The notes beneath the pieces were generated by a model. The model was not told the DNA's origin. It was given only the letters and a program-made list of their open reading frames with translations, and did not search any database. The position numbers and the translations under genes are program-made. Source: Candidatus Poribacteria bacterium (GTDB lineage Bacteria; Poribacteria; WGA-4E; WGA-3G). Taken from it: a stretch of 64,000 bases of DNA. The stretch is from NCBI GenBank assembly GCA_958295815.1, contig OY282374.1:514856-578855 (forward strand). The letters are read 5' to 3'. Position 1 is the first letter of the stretch. Each line of letters opens with the position of its first letter. Positions 58,120 through 64,000 of this stretch are shown one piece after another.

Positions 58120-59766
58120 TTAGAAACTGGAAATCTGAATTTCCTTTGAAGTGATAAACTCAAGGAGTGCCGGAACGCCTTCCTGAGTCTTCTGGATGCC
58201 GCGTTGAATAGCTGGAATAATCTGATCAGGTGTTTCGACACGCTCACCGTAGCCACCGAATGCTTTTGCCATGTCTGCATAGTGCCCAGAGATGTCTGTA
58301 GACCTGAATTTTTCGGTAGATACGGGCATAATCGGAATCTCAATCGCCATAGAGAAGTTATTGAAAAGCACTGACAGAATTGGGATTCTTTCTCGCACAG
58401 CAGTCTCGAAATCCATACCGGTAAAACCAATAGCGGCGTCACCCCAGACGTTGACACAGAGATGATCGGGTCTTGCCAGTTTCGCACCCATTGCGAGTCC
58501 GAGACCGTAACCGAGCTGCGTCGTTTTGCCCCAACCGATATAGGTGAGTGGTGCAACAGACTGCCAGAACGGAGACATTTGGTCGCGTGGACTCCCCGCA
58601 TCGTGCGTAATAATCGTATTTTTCACATCAACAGTATGAAGCAGATCCTGGATAACGCGATACGGCGTCATCGGCACTTCATCAGAGGTGAGTTTAGCCT
58701 TCCACTCTTCGAGCCATTCGGCTTTGACCGCACTAATTTCTCCAGTGACAGCTGCCGTCTGCTCCTCAGATGCGCCATTGGAGCGGTCGCGAACTGCTTC
58801 TATTAATCCTTCTAAAATCAAGCCTGCATCGCCGACGAGGGCAATATCAACAGGAACGTCTTTGTTGATATCCGCCGGATCTAATGTAGCGTGAATAACC
58901 CGTTTCCCCTCAGGAATCCTGACCCCGAATCCGGTTCGAGTGAAACTACATCCGATACCGAGAATCAGGTCAGTTTTTTGGAGGAAATGATGCACCGGTT
59001 TCGGAATCGCGCGTCCGCCAGAACCGAGTGCCAAAGGATGATCTTCAGGAAACGCACTCTTACCAGCCAAACTCGTCGTCACAGCAGCCCCAAGCAGCTC
59101 CGCCAATTCTTTCAAGGAGTCCCAAGCTTGTGCGTAATGTACACCTTGTCCTGCGTAGATGACGGGACACTCGGCATTGAGTAGTGCTTCTGCAGCTTCT
59201 TCGATTGCCTCGGTGTCAGGTCTGTAACGTACGGTAGGGACCGGTGACGGATCGAAAGAATCCGAAATTTCCTCACCAAAGATGTCCGATGGGAATTCAA
59301 CGAGCGCAGGACGAGGTCTGCCGTTCCGTACCTGTGTAAAGGCACGCCGCATGGCTTCCGGAACTGATTCAGGCGTCGTAACCTGTTCACACGATTTTGT
59401 CACGTGCCGATAATTCAGGGCAGAATTAAAATTCGGTTGGATTTGTGTTAGACCTCGGGAATAGCCACCCGGCAATACCACAATCGGTGCGGAATCGCCA
59501 AACGCTTGTGCGACACCACCGAATGCGTTTTCGGAACCCGGTCCACTCTGCATGCAGAACACACCGATCTTTTCGCCAGAGGTCATTCGGCTCATCGCAT
59601 CTGCCATGTGAAGTCCAATCCGTTCCTGTCTAACGATAATCGGGCGAATATCCAACTTCGCTGCTGCCTCGATTATTGGGTTGACGGGATAGGCGAATAA
59701 GTACTCTACTCCCTCCGCTTTAAGCACTTTTGCAACTGCATCGACAACTTTCATATTTTTCTCCAA
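58120..59766 (-). CDS. thiamine-diphosphate-dependent enzyme (acetolactate synthase large subunit / sulfoacetaldehyde acetyltransferase-like)
   Basis: three-domain TPP enzyme layout; GDAAIGF TPP-binding motif region. Confidence 0.75.
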   Translation of the reverse strand: MEKNMKVVDAVAKVLKAEGVEYLFAYPVNPIIEAAAKLDIRPIIVRQERIGLHMADAMSRMTSGEKIGVFCMQSGPGSENAFGGVAQAFGDSAPIVVLPGGYSRGLTQIQPNFNSALNYRHVTKSCEQVTTPESVPEAMRRAFTQVRNGRPRPALVEFPSDIFGEEISDSFDPSPVPTVRYRPDTEAIEEAAEALLNAECPVIYAGQGVHYAQAWDSLKELAELLGAAVTTSLAGKSAFPEDHPLALGSGGRAIPKPVHHFLQKTDLILGIGCSFTRTGFGVRIPEGKRVIHATLDPADINKDVPVDIALVGDAGLILEGLIEAVRDRSNGASEEQTAAVTGEISAVKAEWLEEWKAKLTSDEVPMTPYRVIQDLLHTVDVKNTIITHDAGSPRDQMSPFWQSVAPLTYIGWGKTTQLGYGLGLAMGAKLARPDHLCVNVWGDAAIGFTGMDFETAVRERIPILSVLFNNFSMAIEIPIMPVSTEKFRSTDISGHYADMAKAFGGYGERVETPDQIIPAIQRGIQKTQEGVPALLEFITSKEIQISSF

Positions 59767-59811
59767 TCCGTAGTCGCGATCTTGGGATCGCCTTATGTCT
59801 ATAGAAAAGAC

Positions 59812-60624
59812 CTATGAGGTCGGGTTCGTTGGTGTTCCAGCATCCATCACAAGAGGAAAATGGTCACCTACCAATTTATCACCATCGTTAACGGTAACAA
59901 AAGGTTTCATAACGTGGCTTCCGCTGGCATCGTATAGCGTTTCACCTGTCATATAATGCACTGCAATCGCACGCCGAGGACTACCACTGGTGTTGTCGTG
60001 CGAACCGTGCCATGTTAAGGAGTGATGGTAATGAACGTGTCCTTTCGGTACCGGGCAGAGTTCCACGGCTAATTCGTTATCTTCAAAGTGGTCGGGCATG
60101 GAATGGATGTCCTTGACGGAATGCAGAAACCCAATCTGATTGCCCCAATGATAAGAGCCAGGGACCATACGCATACATCCATTACTTTCATCAACATCGT
60201 CCAAGGCGACCCAAGCACTTACCTGACTCGTTTTTGGCGTAAGAATCGGCCAATACGGTGAATCCTGATGCCACATATTTACACCGCCCACTTTCGGTGG
60301 TTTATATTGGATCTGGTCGTGCCAGACGCGTAACTCTGTTGCTGATGTTAGTTGCCCGATTTCTTCTACGATAATTGGGTTATAAACGAGTCGATGGTAG
60401 GCTGGACTCGCCTCCCAAATGTTAACAACTTGCCAGACTGGACTCTCTTCTTTGCGACCGAGATTAGCGATGTGCACCGGCTGCGAAATATCCGCTTTCT
60501 CGTAATCGTCAATAACACGTGCCAATTCTGACCGTAGTTCCTCAACCTGATCATCGCTTAAAACACGGCTTCCAAGGAGAAAGCCTTTCTCACGAAATGT
60601 GTCAACTTGGGTTTGGTTGAGCAT
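59812..60624 (-). CDS. phytanoyl-CoA dioxygenase family protein (tandem paralog 1)
   Basis: WHQDSPYW...ALDD...HYHH...WHGSHDN; about 85% identical to the neighbour. Confidence 0.75.
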   Translation of the reverse strand: MLNQTQVDTFREKGFLLGSRVLSDDQVEELRSELARVIDDYEKADISQPVHIANLGRKEESPVWQVVNIWEASPAYHRLVYNPIIVEEIGQLTSATELRVWHDQIQYKPPKVGGVNMWHQDSPYWPILTPKTSQVSAWVALDDVDESNGCMRMVPGSYHWGNQIGFLHSVKDIHSMPDHFEDNELAVELCPVPKGHVHYHHSLTWHGSHDNTSGSPRRAIAVHYMTGETLYDASGSHVMKPFVTVNDGDKLVGDHFPLVMDAGTPTNPTS

Positions 60625-60645
60625 ACTTCCCTCCCATAAAAAGAC

Positions 60646-61458
60646 TTATATGTTAGCCTTCGTCGGCTTTCCCGCATCCATCACAAGCGGAAAATGGTGA
60701 CCTGCCAATTTATTACCACCATTAACGGTAACAAAACGTTTCATGATGTGATTTCCGCTTTCATCGTAGATGGTTTCGCTCGTCATATAATGCACCGCAA
60801 TTGCCCGACGCGGACTACCGCTGGCGTTGTCATGCGACCCGTGCCATGTTAAAGCGTGGTGATAGTGAACGTGTCCCTTCGGTACAGGACAGAGTTCTAC
60901 CTCCAACTCATTATCTTCAAAGCGATCTGGCAATGAATCAATGTCTGCGACCTCGCGCAAAAATGGCATCTGACTACCCCAGTGATAGGAACCGGGGACC
61001 ATACTCATACACCCGTTGCTTTCGTCAGCATCGTCCAACGCAACCCAAGCACTCACCTGACTCGTTTTCGGCATGAGAATTCCCCACAACGGCGAATCTT
61101 GATGCCAACGGTTGACACCACCAACTTTTGGCGGCTTGTATTGGATTTGGTCGTGCCAGACGCGCAACTCCGTCGCCGACATGAGTTGTCCAATCTCTTC
61201 CACAATGGTCGGGTTGTGAACGAGTCGGTGATAGGCAGCACTCGCCTCCCAAATGTTAACGATTTGCCAAACCGGGCTTTCTTCTTTACCGCCGAGGTTG
61301 GCAATACGAACGGGCTGCGGAACCTCAAGTTTTTCGTAGCTATCAATGACCCGCGCCAATTCAGCACGCAATTCATCAACCTGTTCATCGCTTAATACGC
61401 GGTTTCCGAGAAGAAAGCCTTTTTTACGAAATGTGTCAACCTGAGTTTGGTTGAGCAT
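60646..61458 (-). CDS. phytanoyl-CoA dioxygenase family protein (tandem paralog 2)
   Basis: same motifs; identical first 11 residues MLNQTQVDTFR. Confidence 0.75.
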   Translation of the reverse strand: MLNQTQVDTFRKKGFLLGNRVLSDEQVDELRAELARVIDSYEKLEVPQPVRIANLGGKEESPVWQIVNIWEASAAYHRLVHNPTIVEEIGQLMSATELRVWHDQIQYKPPKVGGVNRWHQDSPLWGILMPKTSQVSAWVALDDADESNGCMSMVPGSYHWGSQMPFLREVADIDSLPDRFEDNELEVELCPVPKGHVHYHHALTWHGSHDNASGSPRRAIAVHYMTSETIYDESGNHIMKRFVTVNGGNKLAGHHFPLVMDAGKPTKANI

Positions 61459-61529
61459 ACTCGCCTCCTATAGCATCTATATCTTAGTACTGAGAAATCT
61501 TGTGGTTTTCCACACTACTGTGTTGTATT

Positions 61530-62564
61530 TTACTTGCCGGTTACCTTATTTTTCAGTTCTACCCACTCTTCATCGCTGAGTTTTGGGGGCCATGCGATCC
61601 GCTCGCCGATGAGTGCGGAGCGATACGCCGCCATAATCACGTCGAATCCAAGCATCGCGAACTCCAATCTGTTGCGATGCGGTTGGTTTTCGTCATCGAG
61701 CCAAGTTGCGATGGCTTGTGTAAAGTCCCGTTGTCCCTGTTTGTCGTCTTCACCGAAGTGCGTTTTCTCGACGAAGTGGTGTGCCATACCCTCAAGCTGA
61801 TAACCCCATGAACCGTTTTCACGCCACCACATCCTGCCTTTGGTCCCCCAGAAATCGAGGTTACACCGTGGATTGCTGCCCGGAAAATCAATAGTTCCAA
61901 ATGCTGTCCGTGCGGATTCAAATAGGACGCGTGCACCGTTCTCAAATGTATAGATCGCCATCAAATTTTCAGGACATTGGCGGTGTGGAACATCATAAAT
62001 CTCGGCACCCTCAACGGCACCCCAGACGTGTGTAATTGGGATGTCTTTAAGCGCAAACAGTACAACGTCCATCAGGTGGGTATCCATGTCGGTGATGTCG
62101 CCTTCGGTACAGGCACGAATGAAGTGTATATCGCCGAGGCTATCGTCGGCAAAAAACTCAAGCAGTTTTTCAGCGAAGGGTAGGTAACGTCGTTGATGGT
62201 TGACGATAATCTTCAAACCTGTTTTCTCGTACGCTGCGGTGAGTGCGTCTGCTTCGCGAGGTCTGAGTGCGAGCGGTTTCTCTATCACCAGTGCCTTAAC
62301 ACCCGCTTCGGCGGCAGGCTCTACCCAAATATGTCGTGGCACCGTCGGCTCTGTTACGGCGTGGATAATATCGGGTTTTTCCATCTCCAACATCTCAGTG
62401 TAGTCTGTATACCCCGGGACGTTGAGTTCTTCTACTGCTGCATTTAACCGTTCCTCGTCAATTTCGCAGATGGCAATTACCTTCATATTTTCGATGCCTT
62501 CATAACGTCGGGCATGGTGTACACCGCGTCTTCCGCCAACGATCCCAGTTCGATACATCGCCAT
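61530..62564 (-). CDS. Gfo/Idh/MocA family oxidoreductase
   Basis: Rossmann N-terminus GIVGGRRG..., C-terminal GFO_IDH_MocA_C-like region. Confidence 0.75.
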   Translation of the reverse strand: MAMYRTGIVGGRRGVHHARRYEGIENMKVIAICEIDEERLNAAVEELNVPGYTDYTEMLEMEKPDIIHAVTEPTVPRHIWVEPAAEAGVKALVIEKPLALRPREADALTAAYEKTGLKIIVNHQRRYLPFAEKLLEFFADDSLGDIHFIRACTEGDITDMDTHLMDVVLFALKDIPITHVWGAVEGAEIYDVPHRQCPENLMAIYTFENGARVLFESARTAFGTIDFPGSNPRCNLDFWGTKGRMWWRENGSWGYQLEGMAHHFVEKTHFGEDDKQGQRDFTQAIATWLDDENQPHRNRLEFAMLGFDVIMAAYRSALIGERIAWPPKLSDEEWVELKNKVTGK

Positions 62565-62680
62565 AATATGCCTCCCAGTTGAAGCGTGCAGTTACAGGTT
62601 TCCGAAACTTGTCATTATATTAACACGCTCGCAAATTTGTGTCAATAGACTGTTTTTGTATCTCAGGGCATTCAGCTTTT

Positions 62681-62808
62681 CTGTAGGAGGGATCTCCGAA
62701 TCCCGACTCTTCTTTCTGTAGGAGGGATCTCCGAATCCCGACTCTTCTTTCTGTAGGAGGATCTCCGAATCCCGACTCTTCTTTCTGTAGGAGGATCTCC
62801 GAATCCCG
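62681..62808. repeat. four-copy tandem array of hairpin repeat family A with 9-nt linker ctcttcttt (last two units carry a 1-nt deletion)
   Basis: ctgtaggagggatctccgaatcccgactcttcttt repeated. Confidence 0.9.
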
Positions 62809-62861
62809 ATTCTGGTCTAAAGTGGGCAGCATACCATAAAGTCGAATTCCAACAAAAAAGC

Positions 62862-62905
62862 CCACCGTCAAAGGACGACAGGCTTTCTTTTTTTTTGCCA
62901 AGTAG
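62862..62905 (-). terminator. putative terminator downstream of the FGE-family gene (GC stem plus a run of nine Ts on minus strand)
   Basis: gcaaaaaaaaagaaagcctgtcgtcctttgacggtgggctttttt read on minus strand. Confidence 0.4.
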
Positions 62906-62979
62906 AAATATTCTTGGCATAGTTCTCTTTTTAATTCGAGATTTCAATGAATTCCTTTGCTGTGCCTGAATGGATTATT

Positions 62980-63873
62980 TCAAAAAACTTGGGACGTTAT
63001 ACCGTTTACACAGCGGAAACCGAAGTTGCTATAGGTGGGATTGCGCTTAGTACGATCAGCAACGCGCACGGCATGAGGGACGCAGCCATCACATCCATCA
63101 CGTACCGCCCGAGGCGTTCTAATCTTCGTAAAGTTATTAATGAGCCAACCTATGTCATAGGAACCAGAAAGTGGATTCCGGTATGGCGACTTTTTGTAGA
63201 AGTCCAAATCATATTCGTCAAGGCACCATTCAAAAACATTGCCTGTCATATCATACAAACCATACCCGTTAACAGGATATGTTCCTACAGGGGTCGTATC
63301 GCCAACTATCCCACCGTAGTTCGCCATGTTGGCATATATTGAATCGCCCCACGGAAACCTCTTACCTACCAGACCACCGCGCGCAGCCTTTTCCCATTCA
63401 GCTTCTGTCGGTAAACGTTTACCTGCCCACTGTGCATAAGCCATCGCTGCATACCAACTGACCCGCACCGGATGGTCGCCTTTGCCGTCGGGATAATTAT
63501 TTCCGTTCCAGTCTTTCAAGTACTGCCCGTTGTGGTATCTTCTCCTAATACGTTCTATTTGCCACCACTTACCTTTTTGCCACTGTGGATTAGCGTCAAT
63601 AAATTTTTTGTATTCCGCATTCGTTACTTCATGGATGTCCATATAGAATGCATCGACATAAACAGAATGCACGGGTTGTTCGCTTTCACCGCCTTCAGCA
63701 TCGTAGCTTCCCATCTGAAACTCACCCGCCGGAATCAGAGCCATACCTTCCGGTGCGACAAGTGCAGCAGTCCCGTCCTCAACAGGCTCATGAGCTTTTG
63801 GCTTAGATCCTATCACACAAACGCAGAGAACACTTATGACAACCAAAACTAAACTACTAATTCTATTGTTCAT
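62980..63873 (-). CDS. formylglycine-generating-enzyme (SUMF1/FGE-sulfatase) family protein with signal anchor
   Basis: GEFQMGS...HEVTNAEYKKF...RLPTEAEWEKAARGG...GNVFEWC motifs. Confidence 0.8.
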   Translation of the reverse strand: MNNRISSLVLVVISVLCVCVIGSKPKAHEPVEDGTAALVAPEGMALIPAGEFQMGSYDAEGGESEQPVHSVYVDAFYMDIHEVTNAEYKKFIDANPQWQKGKWWQIERIRRRYHNGQYLKDWNGNNYPDGKGDHPVRVSWYAAMAYAQWAGKRLPTEAEWEKAARGGLVGKRFPWGDSIYANMANYGGIVGDTTPVGTYPVNGYGLYDMTGNVFEWCLDEYDLDFYKKSPYRNPLSGSYDIGWLINNFTKIRTPRAVRDGCDGCVPHAVRVADRTKRNPTYSNFGFRCVNGITSQVF

Positions 63874-64000
63874 CAGAAATCCTTTCAAAAGACTTTTGGA
63901 ATGTTTCCTTCTGGGCAAATAGCATAACATGGGTTCGGCTTAAAAGTGTATCGCATAGGAATCGATAAAATATAGGCTTAACCATATTGTTAAGCAAATT

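Noticed and set aside
62620-62947. ORFs 62620-62901 and 62672-62947 (minus strand)
   Set aside because: Their reading frames are generated by translating the tandem repeat array (repetitive peptide ESGFGDPPTERRVGIRRS); not genes

Overview
This is a 64 kb bacterial chromosomal segment at about 50% GC, gene-dense on both strands, and all calls were made by eye from the ORF translations and the raw sequence. The content is housekeeping genes interleaved with accessory genes.

Housekeeping content:
- argD (partial), a LolB-like lipoprotein, ispE, tRNA-Gln, rplY/ctc, an AmiC-type amidase, a GerMN protein and pth.
- A Hen1-Pnkp RNA-repair pair.
- maf, yajC, queA, ruvB, ruvA with only a remnant of ruvC, and yebC.
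- cydAB, a fused TRAP permease, a DUF3311 protein plus an SSS symporter, ksgA, coaBC, gmk, rsmD, a family-4 UDG and a HAL2/CysQ phosphatase.

Accessory content:
- Multiple Gfo/Idh/MocA oxidoreductases, phytanoyl-CoA-dioxygenase (PhyH) family enzymes, DUF1080 and LamG-like secreted proteins, DUF1501 with a Tat signal, an FGE-sulfatase-family protein, a GH36-like hydrolase, a TPP enzyme, and a sigma-54 activator. This makeup resembles Planctomycetes/Poribacteria-like lineages, which is an inference only.

Findings worth a second look:
- A secreted tandem-domain BCP/PrxQ peroxiredoxin whose two peroxidatic Cys codons are both in-frame TGA, each followed by a bSECIS-like hairpin. This is a probable two-selenocysteine protein.
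- Two related short hairpin repeat families that share a CTCCG loop but have co-varying stems. They occur as tandem arrays at several promoter-proximal loci.
- Three near-identical sigma-54 promoters (TGGCAC-N5-TTGC) inside two AT-rich non-coding islands. One may drive a hairpin-terminated small RNA.
- Four signal-peptide proteins (two DUF1080, two LamG) sharing a C-terminal KL-x-T-[MT]-W-[GS]-x-LK tail, next to an A24 prepilin-peptidase-like membrane protein.
- A perfect sigma-70 consensus promoter buried inside ispE.

Self-derived coordinates may be off by 1-2 nt.
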